Source: the human T2T-CHM13v2.0 reference genome, Homo sapiens. Taken from it: DNA of 64,000 nt. The stretch's first letter is position 1; each line of letters starts with the position of its first letter. Location of the stretch: the NCBI RefSeq assembly GCF_009914755.1, contig NC_060927.1. One strand, 5' to 3'. Below are positions 10,900-25,563 of this stretch, one piece after another. The notes below the pieces were generated by a model, which was not told the origin of the DNA, made no database searches, and was given only the letters and a program-made list of their open reading frames with translations. A program made the position numbers and the translations under genes.

Positions 10900-11580
10900 A
10901 AAACAAGAGAAATACCAACACCTCCCCCTCTGTAAGAGGTGGACCTTAACTACACCTACCACCCCCACTTGTATGTGGGCTGTGCTTAGTGAATTAATTC
11001 AGGAATGGAAAAGAAACTTTAGAACTGCATAGAACTCTCTTGGCCGAGGGATCAAGGTACACATCACTAGTGATAAGTCATGTTGATAGCACATACCCTT
11101 GATATGATGTGATGAGAAGAGTACTTTAACACTGAATCATTCTTCTCCTCAAACCCATAACTCTAGTCTGAACATGAGGAAAAACATCAGACAAACTCAA
11201 TGGAAAGACAATCTACAAAGCACTTTACTAGTACTCCTCAAAATTGTCATGGTCATGAAAAACAAGGAAAGTTGAAGAAACTGTCACAGACCAAAGGAGA
11301 CTATGAAGACACGATGACTAAATGTAATGTGGTATCCTGGGTGTGGCCTTGGAATAAAACAGGATATCACTTTAAAAAGTGTGAAATCCTAACAGCATGT
11401 GGAGTTTAGTTAATATTCATGTACCATTGTTGGTTTCTTGATTGTAACAAATGTAGTGTGAAAATGCAGGATGTTAACAGTAAGAGAAACTGGCTGAGGA
11501 TATGTAGGAACTCTGTACTTTCTTTGCAACATTACTATAAATATAAAGCTATTCTAAAATTAAAATTTATTAAGCCTTTT
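10900..11580 (+). mobile_element. L1MD-like 3' UTR
   Basis: 'aagtcatgttgatagc', 'aaacatcagacaaac', 'atgactaaatgtaatgtggtatcctgg', 'gaactctgtactttctttgcaac'. Confidence 0.8.
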
Positions 11581-11719
11581 AAAAAGCTGATAGAAAAAAA
11601 CAAAAACAACAACAAACATCAATTTCTGGGCTCCACTCTAAGTCATTTAAATTTGAATCTTTGTGAATGCTCATCAACTGTTTTTAATGTACAGCTTGCT
11701 TGAAAACCATCGTCCTGCT

Positions 11720-12302
11720 TGAACGTTCCCAATACAGCTTCTCTAGTATCTCTTCACTATTTCTCTAATAATCCACTACTCTCTCCCTCACACGATATAC
11801 AGCGGCCACTCTGCCCTGCTTGCTATTGCCCAAATGTGCCAGGAATATTTGAGTTTCACAACCTTTACAATTATTGTTCCCTCTCACTAGAACACAACTT
11901 CACTTAAATAACAGTATCGCTTGCTCTCTTGCTTACTTAAGATCTGTATAAAAACAAAAACAAAAGCAAAAAAAAAATTGTCACTTTATTATAGGATTCC
12001 CCAGGACCACCTTTCTAAAAATAGCAACCACTTCACCACCAGAGCTAACTTATTCCGTTTACCTTATTCTGTTTTACTTTTCTTCACAGGATTTAAGATT
12101 GCCTGGCATTTTATTACACGTTACGTGCTGATTTTGTGCCCTACTAAAAGCTAAGCTTCATGATAATTGGGACTTTGTTTTGTTTATTGTTGTATCCTCA
12201 CTGTGCCTGGGAACTTTACATCCTGTGCCTGGAACACTGATTGTCATGTATTGGATGTTCAATAAATGTTTGTGGAATGCTTGAATGAATTCATGAATGA
12301 AT
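11720..12302 (+). mobile_element. L2 3' end
   Basis: Ends 'gttcaataaatgtttgtggaatgcttgaatgaattcatgaatga'. Confidence 0.65.
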
Positions 12303-13379
12303 GAGGAAAACTGACAAGGAAATCAGTGTGATGCTGCCACAAAAAAAAAAAAAAAATGCTATGATACATGGAAGCAAGGGTGCTTGGGAATGGGTCTCGA
12401 CAGGCAACCAGCGCAGCCTGGGGAAGTTCCTGGAAGATCTGTCAGAGGACATGTTCCTGAAGGAAGTTGTAAAGGGTAAAAGATTGTTGCTTAAGAAAAC
12501 TGCACTGAGGCTAGAATTTCAGACAGGGAAGGCATTAGAACAAAGACCTCAGAAGGTCTAGGAGTTGCATAGTTCAGTAGGACCGGGGTGTGGAGAAGAG
12601 CAAGCTGGGGTTTATGCCTCAAGGTGAGGTGAGGCTCAAATGGAAGGCTATGAAGAAGCATATAGGCCCCCTATGATCAATTCCACATGGAATTGGTCAT
12701 GAGGAGTTAGCCTAGATTATCTTGGCTAATAGCAAGTGCTCAATAAATGCTTGTTGAATGAATAGCCAATAATCATAAGAAATAATATGTGGTCCATTTC
12801 TCATACTGAAAATGTTCACTGATACCAGTCTCTAAACATAGATCCCTTCTATATCTCTCTGCATATAGATTATTTACATTGACATATTTGATGGTAAAAT
12901 ATTTTGGTTAAAAAAAGTTTTTAAAAATAATTTAAAGTGGCTTTTAAAAACTTCTTCCTCTTGTTCTTATAGCTTCTCTGTCTGCATTTGCAGCAGTTTA
13001 AATAAACAGATATTTAAATTTTGTTGCCAATTTAAATTTTAGTATAGAAAAGGAGAAAAAATCTTATTAAGAGTAAAGTCTTATTCATTTCTATGCCACT
13101 CTACTTGTTATATTAAACTTTAAGTAAGTTTGGATTGAAGAATGTAAAATAAAAATGACTCAAAAATGAAATAGATTGAAGCAACCCTGCTTAGAAAAAA
13201 TCTTGAAATATATTTGATGTGTGTTTAATTAATAAAATTAAAAATGAAAATGACCCAAGTATGAGATAATTTGAAATAAACCTGTTTCTAATTATTTCTT
13301 CATGTTCTAGGCAAGCGAGGTAGACTCTCTTCTCGGCAGTTCCAGGCATAAAATTCATTCATTATCAATTATTTTGCTA

Positions 13380-14400
13380 TTTATCTAGCAAATAGTTCTT
13401 GAACCTCCAGGCCTTGGATTAAGTACTTGGGACAGTGCATATGATGATGAGAAAAACTAACATGCCCCTTGCCTTTCTTCAGCTTACAAGTGGGGACAAC
13501 ACACAAATATAAATGTTTATAGTAAAAAACATTACAAAGGAGAGTTTCATGGCCCTCTGAGAGTGTATATAATAGTGAGATTTGAACCAGTAAAGGCAGG
13601 GTTTCCAGGGGATGTAAATACTGAGATGTGATCTAAAGAAGGAGTAGGAGGAAGCCAAGGAGAGCCGGGTATCACAGAAGCCATAGGAGATAGCAGGTCA
13701 TGAAGAGAATGGGCAGCAGAGTCAAATGATGCTAAGAGGACAAGAAAAGTGAAGACCGAAAATGTTCAATGGATTTAGTATTATGGTAACTTTAACAAGA
13801 AAGAACCTGGTAGCGTATTAAAACAGAAGCCAGATCAGATAGTCTGAGGCGTAAGTGGAGGAAAGGAACTAGAGACAGGGCGTGTATCCAATCCTTTCAC
13901 AAAGTTTGACTCTAAAAGGGAAGAAAAGTAGGTAAATTAGAGAAACTCATGGGGCTGGGAGTGGTTGTTTTGTTTTTTGATTCTTGTTCATGGAAGAAGC
14001 TTGAAATTGTTTAAAGGCCTACAGAGAGATCAAGGTGGAGTGCCTGAATATAGAATAGAGAGTAGGCACCAAGCATGTAATGGGAAGCTGGGAGAGGATG
14101 GTCTTGTTTATATTAAAAGTGGAGGGAGGAAAACAAGCTGGAGCAGATAGTCATGTATTTAGGGTCAGGAATAAGAAATTCCTATCTTATGGTTTCTATT
14201 CACTATGTAAAGCATGAGATAGGGTTACCAGCTAAGAGAAGGGATGATTAGGGTTATGGTGATTATTGGAGGTTTGAAGATAGTGGAGAAGATTTGAAAT
14301 GATGGCTGGATGGATGAGAGCGAGTTAATAAAAGAAACATAGTAGGATTGCCCATAATTGAAGACTTGTTTGAAGTCGGCACTCATGGATTTCTAACAGG
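13380..14400 (-). mobile_element. L2 fragments
   Basis: Purine-rich L2 antisense motifs such as 'cagagtcaaatgatgctaagagg', 'ggatttagta', 'cagaagccagat'. Confidence 0.6.
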
Positions 14401-14609
14401 CCACATCTTCATGTTGTGAAATAAAATGTTATTTTTATCCTCCCACCACTAAAAATATATGAGTTCTATTGTGCAGTACCTGGTTCAAGGCTCTCTCTTC
14501 AGCCTCAAGTTTTTAGGAGTTTCATCCTGAGGTTCTCCTGTTCTCACTTTAGAGTACACTTTTCCTAGGAATTTCAGTCAGGTGTATAATTTGCATTACC
14601 TTCTACAAC

Positions 14610-14935
14610 AGAGGTGTCCATTGACTTGATGTCACTAATGCCCACTTATCTGTTTTGGCTTAAAAAGTGTTTTGTAAAAATCTTAAATGAGTTAGAGATT
14701 AGGAGAGCTCAAATTAAGATCCGGGTTTCTGGTTTCTCTTAAAAACTAAGAACACTGGCAGCACTGGACCCACAGTCCCACATCAATAGTCCATTGCACC
14801 TGAGCAGCAGCTGTCCTCTTAGAAGGGCGTGCTCCCTTCTGCTCGTCCCAGCCCCCACCATTCTTTATTATCCATTTCACTCATTTACTTTGTCCAGCAA
14901 CTGTACCCTGTAAACATTTGACTTCATAATTCTTA
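14610..14935. mobile_element. MER102-like hAT fossil
   Basis: 'gatccgggtttctggtttctcttaaaaa...ctggcagcactggacccaca...gagcagcagctgtcctctt'. Confidence 0.65.
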
Positions 14936-15231
14936 AAAAGCAAATCTGTGACTCCCAAAGTTTTAATTTCAGCTCCAATATCTTTCTTGTACTCCAGATA
15001 TCAGTAACCAACGGTTGATTGGATGGTCTTTAGGTGATCAAAACTCAGTATCTACAGAAGTAAATGATCTCCTAAATAATTTGCTGTGCTCCCACAGTGT
15101 AGATCCTGGCTTTAGTACCTCCATTCACCCTGTTTACTAACAAAACACCTGTGAGTATACTTTCCAAATACTTATTTTCTATTCAATTCCCTCTTTCATC
15201 TCCATTTCTTTAGACATTCATCATATGTTAC

Positions 15232-15621
15232 TAATATGGTTTGGCTGCATCCCACCCCCCCGCCCCCGCAGCAAATCTCCTCTTGAATTAATTGTAGTTC
15301 CCAGAGTCCCCACGTGTTGTGGGAGGGACCCGGTAGGAGGTAACTGAATCATGGGGGTGGTTACCTCCATGCTGTTCTCCTGATAGTGAGTTCTCGTCAG
15401 ATCTGATGGCATTATAAGGGGCTTTTCCCCCACTTCACTCTGCACTTCTCCTTGCTGCCACCATGTGAAGAAGAATGTGTTTGCTTCCCCTTCCACCATG
15501 ATTTTAAATTTCCTGAGGCCTCCACAGCCATGCTTAACTGTGAATCAATTAAACCTCTTTCCTTTATAAATTACCCAGTCTTGGGTATGTCTTTATTAGC
15601 AGTTGGGAACGGAATAATACA
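15232..15621 (+). mobile_element. THE1B-like solo LTR
   Basis: 'atatggtttggctg...gtgggagggacc...aattaaacctctttcctttataaattacccagtc...taataca'; 5-bp TSD GTTAC at 15227-15231 and 15622-15626. Confidence 0.92.
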
Positions 15622-16361
15622 GTTACCTACATGGGATATTAAATAACCCTCAATCCACAACCTCCACTTTTTCCTCTCTTCGAGTACTTCCTCTAGATAG
15701 CCACAAGATTAATCTTTTAAAGCACAATGTCTTTTCTGGCACACTAGCTTGATTTACAGCAAACTTCTCATAATTTTTTCAATATGCTGGCATGCTTCAC
15801 ATGTGCATCTTGCCAATTGCTGCTCCCTAATCCTGGAATGCCTTCAGTTTCTTTGATCCTGGTGAATCTCTATTTATCCTCCAAGACACGGCTCAAGTGT
15901 CCCCTATTCCTGGAACTCTTGATGCTAGAAAAGTAACTTAGGCAGAGCCAAATGGTATAGCCTTTACCATAGTGCTCTGGAGGGGTTGGCTTTTATACAG
16001 GACTCCCAACTAGACCAGGAGCTTGAGGGTAGAGATGGCAGTTTTGCAGTCCAGTTATCCTTAGTACTTAGCTCCTGGTCACAATTGACACTAAATCAGA
16101 ATTTTAAAAAATGAATGCCAAAATTCACATAAATAATGAGATCATATTGGAGAAAGGTTTCCTAACTTTAAAAGAAAGATTATTGATCTACCAAAAGCTT
16201 TTTAACCTCCAGATTCACTCTACAAGAATTAATTCTAAGACTCCAACCAAAAGGATGCAACATGCTTTAAAAACATTTCTTTGTGGTGTGTGTGTGATTG
16301 CATTTGTATGCTGTCGATAAATGAGAAAGATGGCTTTTCAAATTAGAAAGAATAAGCTACT

Positions 16362-16706
<345 letters not shown>

Positions 16707-18110
16707 TTAACGTAGACCTCTATATCATACTATGCACCAAGTTAAATGTAAAAAATAAGTCCATAAATAAAAGAAAGAATGCATTTAGAACATTTATGTA
16801 AAATTAGTGAAGGATTAGCCATTCTGAAGGCAGAAAACCAAGTAAATAATGGATAATCTGAAAATGTAAAAATATACAAAATTTCTGTTATTAACCAAAA
16901 CTTCAAAACAATTAAACAACAAACAGAAGAAAATGCATGCCATCCATAAAAAGCATTTGTTTGTAGTTTTACTATATAAAACGGGCAATTTAATCAATAG
17001 AAAAAAATGAAAACAGATTGAAAGCTGAGGTCTCTGCTACTTTAAACACATTGGCATAAATAAAACCCACCTCAGAAACCTTTCTTATATACTACATGAT
17101 TTTCTACTATCTTCTCAATTTGTGTTTTGCCAAGTATCTGATTTTATAGATAGGTAAACTGCTATAGTAGGTACTGATATATCTTTGCTGTTAGTTTTTA
17201 TTTCTATGTTTTAAGTGGCTTTATCTAAAGCAAAGTGACTATGGGTACCTTTTGAAAAGCATGTAAAATTAAAGATAGGGAATGACTTCCTCTTCTGGAC
17301 ACCTATGTTCACTGATGACAGGAGACAAGAAGAAAGGAAATGGCACTCTTTTTGCTTCAGTTCCTACATGACTAATATTTAATCCACAGAGACTTGGGGA
17401 AGATTAATGATATAGTTATAAGTACCTTTCTGGATATCCTTTCTCTTAAATCTTTCTAGAGCTTCTGTTCTACCTGGAGCAATAATTATGAATGAGAGAG
17501 AAGGGCATACTTAGAAGATGTGATGATATAATAAGGTTGAAAGGGGGGTAAAAGTGAAAAGCATAAATAAAGTAATGAACACATAGGATAAAAGGAGGAC
17601 AGGCTCATTAGAAAGGGTCAACTAGAAATATAAGGGACTGGCTCTCCCATTCTTGCATAATTCTCCAGGCTAACACCAGGGCACTGCTGATAGCTCAGGA
17701 TTTGGATTACAGTTGTTTTGCTTCACGCAGTCCACATTTCTCAGAACAGAGGGTTTACTCTACGGAGGCAATTTGGAAACCTCAAGTATTAGGATATTTA
17801 GGTCTGTTGCTTTTCTTTCCATATTCCTTGAGAGAACAGATTTCAGATTGGGGTTATATGAGTGAGAGAGAAACAAGAACCAAAAACTATCTAAAGAAAT
17901 AAATCATAAAACCCAAGTTATGATTTTTTAAAATTTAATTTATTGTTTAGATTAATCTGTTTAGAATCCTTCTTAACATCCTAGAATTCAATCAAGTGCA
18001 TTTTTTATAACTTCCCATGGATATTAAGCCTCTCTGATTATAATGTGATATTTATAATACTAGCTTCAGATTAACAGGCAAAGCTTTAGGGAAAAGAAAT
18101 GTATATAGAA

Positions 18111-18420
18111 GGCCGGGTACAGTGGCTCATGCCTGTAATCCTAGCATTTTGGGAGGCCAAGGTGGGTGGATGGCTTGAGCCCAGAGGTTTGAGACATGAC
18201 TGGGCAACATGGTGAAACCCCATCTCTACCAAAAATACAAAAATTAGCTGATGTGGTGGTGGTGGGTGCCTGTCGTCCTAGCTACTCATGAGGGAGACTG
18301 AAGTGGGAGGATCGCCTGAGCCCAAGAGGTCAAGGCTGAGGTGAGCCATGATTGTGCCATTGTACCTCACCCTGGGTGAGAGAGTGAGACCCTGTCCGTA
18401 AATGAATAAATAAAATAAGT
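18111..18420 (+). mobile_element. AluJ
   Basis: 'gcttgagcccag', 'gaggtcaaggctg', 'gagaccctgtc'. Confidence 0.88.
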
Positions 18421-20689
18421 AATAAAATGTATATGAAAGGGGTGTGTAAAGTAGGCACCCACTGTAGCTTTAGACTGTGCCCAGTAGTATGGAAGTAAGG
18501 AATTATATTTATTTGTTTATAGAATACTCTAACCCATTATTTCCAAATAATTATCATGTTTTTATTCTTGGACTTGAATTTCTACATGTTGAACTTCAAA
18601 TAATACTGAAGATTATCCTGTTTTAAAAATTATTCACCTTAAAAGAATAATATATTCCTTTGTGACTAATTTGTGAAATTTTACATACTTTTAACCATTT
18701 AGAATCTAACAAACATGGAATTAGAAAAAATAAAATGCCATTGAGTGTTGAATGCCACTGTGAAGCAAACACTTCTCATAAAACCAAAAAAAGCACTTTA
18801 CTCTGAAGAAGAGATGAAGATTTCAGAGTGGAAAATCTCAGATGTAAGAAGTCAAAAAATTAGAAACACTGACACGTGAGAAGAGAAACAAATGCCAATG
18901 GAGAGTAAGACCACAACATTCTGAAAGTCTGACACAACTACAGAAGCAGAGTAGGCTGGGTCCATTTAGTCTAGGAACAAATTTTTTAGTGCTTTGCACC
19001 TCAATAAAGTCCTACGTCATTACCAAGGACAACATCTATGATGGTCTTGAGTCATCCTCTAAGAGAGAGAAGAGAGGAGTGATTATGTTCAGCATCCTCT
19101 ACTGGCAAAGCATTGTAGTGTGTCCTATATTTCAGAAAATACTTCTGATGCAATAAGGGTATGCTTCAGTTATCTGGAAAATTCATCTATATGAGCCAGT
19201 TTCCTGGCAGTGCTGAATAAATGAAGCGTCATGAAATATAACTGTTGAAGAGCTATACAGATTTTGCAAAACCCTGCAAGTTATCCATTTAGAATAAATG
19301 GCTCATAAGTAGGTACCCAATCTTACATCTTCTCTGAGTTTTACGATTGCTACTGTTTTAATTTTAGGCTTGGAAGATTTCACAGAAGAAACCTTAATGG
19401 AATCTCCCCCAAAACATTGCTCAGGTTTAAAGAATAGCCCTTGAGATCAACTTTGCCCAAAGCTGTAAAATGGATCAGTGCATGCCATTTTCTCAGGTGT
19501 GTGCAGGAACCTGACTTTCGAAAAACTTTATCTGGTAAACACTAATAATCTTCAGCAGCTCAGAGTGGTTGGACTCAGAGTGTCTTTTTCAAATAGTGAG
19601 GATAGCTTAGATACAGTTTAATTACTCTTTAATCACCATATCAAACCTTAAAAAGGCTAAGGTGGCATGCATTTTGCATCCTTGTGAGAAACTGCTGTGC
19701 TTGTATTTTTGTTTCTCCATGACACAGGAAAGCAGCTGGAAGTCAGGGAGCTGATGCATCAAGGGGGAACCAGATCAACTCCCATCTCTAAGAATTTTAG
19801 TTGCCCTTTGGTTGCCCTGTCTTCTTAGTTTGTTTCCAGAACCTAATATGCTCTTAGGGGGAAGAATTAACTAATGTGTCCATCCCTAAATCTTCTGACA
19901 TTCCATCTACCACTTCCATTTTCCTCTCAGTTCTCTAGTCCTCGGGCCTCATACCACCCACATTGTTAATCCATTCTCCCTGAACTTGGATAGCAGTTTC
20001 TTAAATTTTACTAAAACATATACCATTAGGTATATTATCTGACATCTGTGCTATGGTTATGAAATACTTTTCAGTGATTTTTGTGGATATTAGAACTAGA
20101 TAATTATGCAAGAAGTCATTAGCTTCTAATTTCTACTCAAATTTATCACTTGAGTAACAACTTTTCAGATTATCTTAGGTGACATTTCCTTTACTCATTA
20201 TAATCAGTCTTTTAGTGCTGGCAGCCATGTTATTTTTAGTAACATTCCATATAGCACCTTTCAAATTCTTCACCAAAAATGAATCTTTGTACCCTTCCTT
20301 CGGTGCCCCTTTTATTTTGACACATCCCAGTGATTTCTGACTCCAACTTATTTTTCCAGTTTAGCTTGGTTCACGCTGCCATTAACATTTTAAATAGCAA
20401 AATTTACTTTAACTAATGTAATTTTTATCAACTTGTTTTTACCTATCAGGTAGCTTGATTAGGTCATTTGTTTGAAAGCTCTCTGTTTTCCTACTTAGTA
20501 ATGTTCTCAGGTTCCCTCTGAACATATAGTTTGACTTTCTAGCTAGCTCTAATCTGCTTTATGCTTTCTTGATGACTCCTTCCATTCTTTGGGTTGAATT
20601 TAGAAGCAATGTTCTTGATAAACAACACTTGTTTTCTAGCTCTTGTACTCACTTTCAAATACCACAGCTCAGTCCTTTGCAAAGATTTA

Positions 20690-21110
20690 CCTAATTTTCC
20701 ATTCATTTACCTATTCATTTTACATTAATATGAATACATATCAAATACATGTGAGTCTACTGAGCTCCAGACTGTGCTGGACACTGGACATACATTAGCG
20801 AAAATGACAGATACAATCTCTTCCATCACAGACCTTATGTTCCAGTGAAGAGGGCAGACCAAAAGCAAATACACTGATATACAAAACAATTAGAAAGTAT
20901 GATACATTTTCTAAAAGGAACAAGCAAGTAGCCAAGGAAATATGGTAAAAGAGAGGGACAGAGACCATATAGGGTGGTCAGAGAGCCTGTCTCATGTGGG
21001 AGAAGAATCTAGCTATGTAAGAGCATTACAGGCAGAGGGACTCACACATGCAAAGGACTGGGGTAAGAGAGCACTTGGTAAATACTAGGAGCTGAATGAA
21101 CCCTTGTAAG
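20690..21110 (-). mobile_element. L2 3' end
   Basis: 'cattcatttacctattcatt...ctactgagctccagactgtgctggacactgg'. Confidence 0.65.
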
Positions 21111-22782
21111 CATGTTGGGAAATAGAGCAGTGAGCTATAAGAATCTGGGGTTCCTGTAGTATACCAAATAGGTTAGAGGTCTGGTTCTAGTCTTGTCTAC
21201 TGTAGCTCCAGGTCCCAGTGCTGAAGCACAAAGTTGCTGTATGACCTCCTGGAGCAGGGGAGCTGCCCAGACCCAGAAGAGAAGGGGCTTGGACAACTTC
21301 TGGGAAAATAACTTTTATCCTTCCATGTTTTCTTCCACAGTGAGAACCAAAAATAAGTATCTCAATAAATTAGCCTGCCTCATGTGATCCCTGTGGTAAA
21401 GCAAGTATCCTTGTGAGAAATACTAGAACTATATGTTTGCAGAATTGGAAGGGACTTGTTGCTTATCTGCCACAACATCTTTGCTACCATGGAACAACCT
21501 TGTTAAATAACTTAACATGTTGAAATAAGCTTTACTTCCTTTATAAGGTATAGTCGTGTTTGAGTGTTGGATTTTTTAGCATCCTGTCTATCTAGGATAC
21601 ATGTCAGTAAGTGGTTTAGTGGAACTTCTAAAAGGTTTCAAGCCACACATTGCCCTCCCTGTTGGATAACTCTTCCTGGGGCAAGTTGGAACAAAGAATG
21701 CTGGACCTGTGCCAAAGTCAAGCCTGGGGGTAAAGGTGAGAACTAAGAACTGAACAAAATATCTGCAAAATGAGAGCATGTGCAGTCTGAGACTTCAGGA
21801 CAGAAACCAGGGAACCAAGACAAAGCCACAGGTTAAAGGAGGCCTCTATAGGATTACTTGTCCGAGATCCTGGAGCATCCTGTTATAGGCACTGACCCAG
21901 GTCAGGAAGCCACACTTAAGGGCTCAGAAAATGTTTGGCTTCCAGATAATTCTTGTTATTCATGAGAGACACACATATGCTATTGCACCAAGATTTCTAA
22001 AAGTTCGGAGTCAAGTTTTGCGACCAGATCAAAAAAGATGTGCAGCAGACCTCATGACTCCCATGCTTCTACACTGTATGTATGTGTGTCACTCATCTTT
22101 CTATTTATGTATTATTGGGTTTGGATTTATTTTTTATTTTTATTGTAATTTATTTATAATTACACATATGTCTATAAAACAGAGAGATAAATTGATTTGC
22201 CAAGGCCAATCCAGCCAATTAATGGCTAACCGATATTTCCACTTAGTCTAGTGTCCTTTCCAAAAGTTCTTGTTAACATTTTTATTATTGAATTATATTT
22301 GAGTGGGAACTCGGCATCAAAGAGAAAGCTTTGATAGACCATAAGTGGACACAAACACCGAAGACTGCTGGGATGCTAGGTGTGCCAAGCTGGAGGAATA
22401 GGACTGACCATGGAACCAGGAGGCACTCAGCACCAAAGAAGGGTCTATCAACAATTTTTCCTGAAGCTGGCCTACTTATTACATGTTATAATTATTTCCA
22501 ATAATTCATTTTACTATCTAACCACTTCTGCTCGCTCTTTCTTCATGTACCATTATTCTGGGAACTGTATGTACTAATTTTTGTGTATACTTATACACAC
22601 ACATAAATATATATACACAAAAGACCTAGCTTATGTATCTATATATTATATAAAAAGCTTATTATATATATAAAAGCTGGGTCTTTTATGTATTTCCTTT
22701 TAAAATAAATGTATTATGGGCAGTCTAGAAGATGGCAGCAACAGGGGGCATTATTTTCTGATACTTCCATAATCCCCATTTA

Positions 22783-23231
<449 letters not shown>

Positions 23232-23857
23232 CTAGCAGCAGCTATGCAGGAGGAAGCAATGGGAAGCAACCTGGCATCTAAGAAGAGAAGAACCATAAAA
23301 CAGCCAACAGCCATTCACTCGAAAGTGCCGTGGGGCAGTTTGAGGCAGCAGCTAAAACTACAAGGGGTTTTACCCACTCCAGTGGCAAGTGAATTCAAGA
23401 GCTTACAGTAGGTTGAAAAGGACTGAAGTCGTCTAGTTTCTGTGAACTCTGAAAATTGGCCCACTAAGTTCTCTTCCAAAATGGAGCTCCACACAGAGGA
23501 AAACTGCAGAGGATGGGATTAAAATGGAACAGGATAAAAGGCAATAGAAACCATGGAAAGAACGTCTTGATAAAAGTGGGACAGGAGAACAGAGACAGAC
23601 AGAAGGAAATATCTTAAATGTGTAAGTAACTAAGTCATCTCCTTCAGAGAGGAATTGTTTTTGCTTTAGCTTTATTCCTGATGTCACCAACAACCCAGGC
23701 CAATGTCAGAAACTTAATTTTCAGGCTGAGAGTTTTCGTGGACCACACAGGTATTGTTAATACTGTCCCCTAACCCACAAAAGTACATGCCTCCAGCTAG
23801 TCCCAAGTCTATAATAACCTTGGTGATAGTGGTGGGTTGATTTGCCCTAATATATTC

Positions 23858-24155
23858 TTTTTTTTTTTTTTTTAGGTGGAGTTTCCCTCTGTCACCCAGG
23901 CTGGAGTGCAGTGGTGTGATGTTGGCTCACTGCAACCTCCACCCCCCGGGTTTCAAGCAATTCTCCTGCCTCAGCCTCCTGAGTAGCTGGGATTATAGGC
24001 GCCCGCCACCATGCCTGGCTAATTTTTGTATTTTTAGTAGAGATGGGGTTTCACTATGTTGGCCAGGCTGGTCTCGAACTGCTGATCTCAGGTGATCGCC
24101 CGCCTCAGCCTCCCAAAGTGCTAGGATTATAGGCGTGAGCCACCACGCCTAGCCT
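23858..24155 (-). mobile_element. AluSx
   Basis: Poly-T then full antisense dimer; TSD ccctaatata. Confidence 0.92.
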
Positions 24156-24599
24156 ACCCTAATATACTTTCTATGAGAGTTGTACTTTGAATTTTTCCGC
24201 TTTACTAAAGTACTTCTGATCTGACCACCATACTTTTAGGGCTTGAAGCTTTGTTTCCAGAGCCAAAAATATGTGCCCAGTAAAAATCCAAGCCCTGAGC
24301 CATCAGGAATTGACAGACGCCCTCAGATTAAAAACAAACTCTAGATGGAGCTTGCTGCTGTTGAATCACTCTTCATTCTTTGGCCTCCAATTCTTTCTAT
24401 TACTAGAGCTCAGGCTTATTTATTTAAAGCTTGTCATATTTTATCTAGCATTTCAGGTGTTCCACACCATGAGGGATTTCTCTGTATATTTAATCTGGCA
24501 AATTGATTAAAATATAAAATGTGTTTATCTATTTGCCATTGTGCATCCTAATTCATAGCTTTAAGTAAATATCTCCCATATACAGGCATAAAGTGGATG

Positions 24600-25563
24600 T
24601 TTTTGTCAAGATTTCCCTGAACTCCAGACTCATCTAGTTACCCCCAAACCAGCTACACCTATACTCTTAACATCTCAGTAAATGGCAACTTCAAACTTTC
24701 ATTGCCCAAGCTGAAAGCCTGATAGTAATTCTTCTTTCTTTCTCTCCCACCCTTAATCTCATGCACCAGAATCCTTGTTAGCTCTGCCTTCAAAACATAT
24801 CTAGAATAATATTATTTGTTACCATCTCAACCAATCCCACCACAATCCAAATCAGCACCAACTCTCACCTGGATTATTCTAATAACAGGTACTACACTTC
24901 TAACTTTTCCTTCCTGCAGCCTTGTCTCAACACAAGCAGAGTGACACTGTTGAAATACTAAGTTAGATCATGTCACTCTTCTGTCAAACCCTCCTGGTGG
25001 CTTATTTCATGCATACTGAAGACCTAAATCAGTACAAGGACCTGAAGGACTGCATCTGTCTGATCCTATCACCTACTACCATACCCCTTGTTTGCTCTGA
25101 CTCAGACATATACACCTTCCTATTCTTCAAAAACGCTGAGCTATTTCCACTTCAGAATCTTTGCAGTGGCTGTTTTCTCTATCTGTCTGTAATGCTCTTC
25201 TTCCAGATATCTATCTGTATGGCTCCTTCTCTTACCTCTTTAAGTCTTTGCTGAAATGTCACCTTCTCTATGAAGCCTACACTGTTCACCCTATTTAAAT
25301 GAATCCCCTACTCCAGCAGTTCAAGTCTACTTACCATGCTTTATTTTTTATAGTACTAAATATCTTTTCACTATACTATATACTGTGTAATATAGTTATT
25401 TCTTACATTTATTTTCTGTCTTTCCATATTAGAATATAAGCTTTATGAGGTCAAGATACTGTCCTTATTGTTTTGTTCTCTGATGTATACACAGAACCTA
25501 AAAGAATGCCTGACCACTTTGAAGGCACTCCATAAACATTAGTTGAATGAATGCATGAATGAA
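24600..25563 (+). mobile_element. L2a 3' portion
   Basis: 'catctcagtaaatggcaact', 'agatcatgtcactcttctg', end 'ttagttgaatgaatgcatgaatgaa'. Confidence 0.8.

Noticed and set aside
13311-13319. 9-nt micro-exon (ttctag|GCAAGCGAG|gtagac)
   Set aside because: The acceptor is plausible but the donor is weak and nothing else supports it.
21110-21420. Terminal exon with AATAAA at ~21364
   Set aside because: The region looks like an old LTR remnant that I cannot name, and the signals are common by chance.
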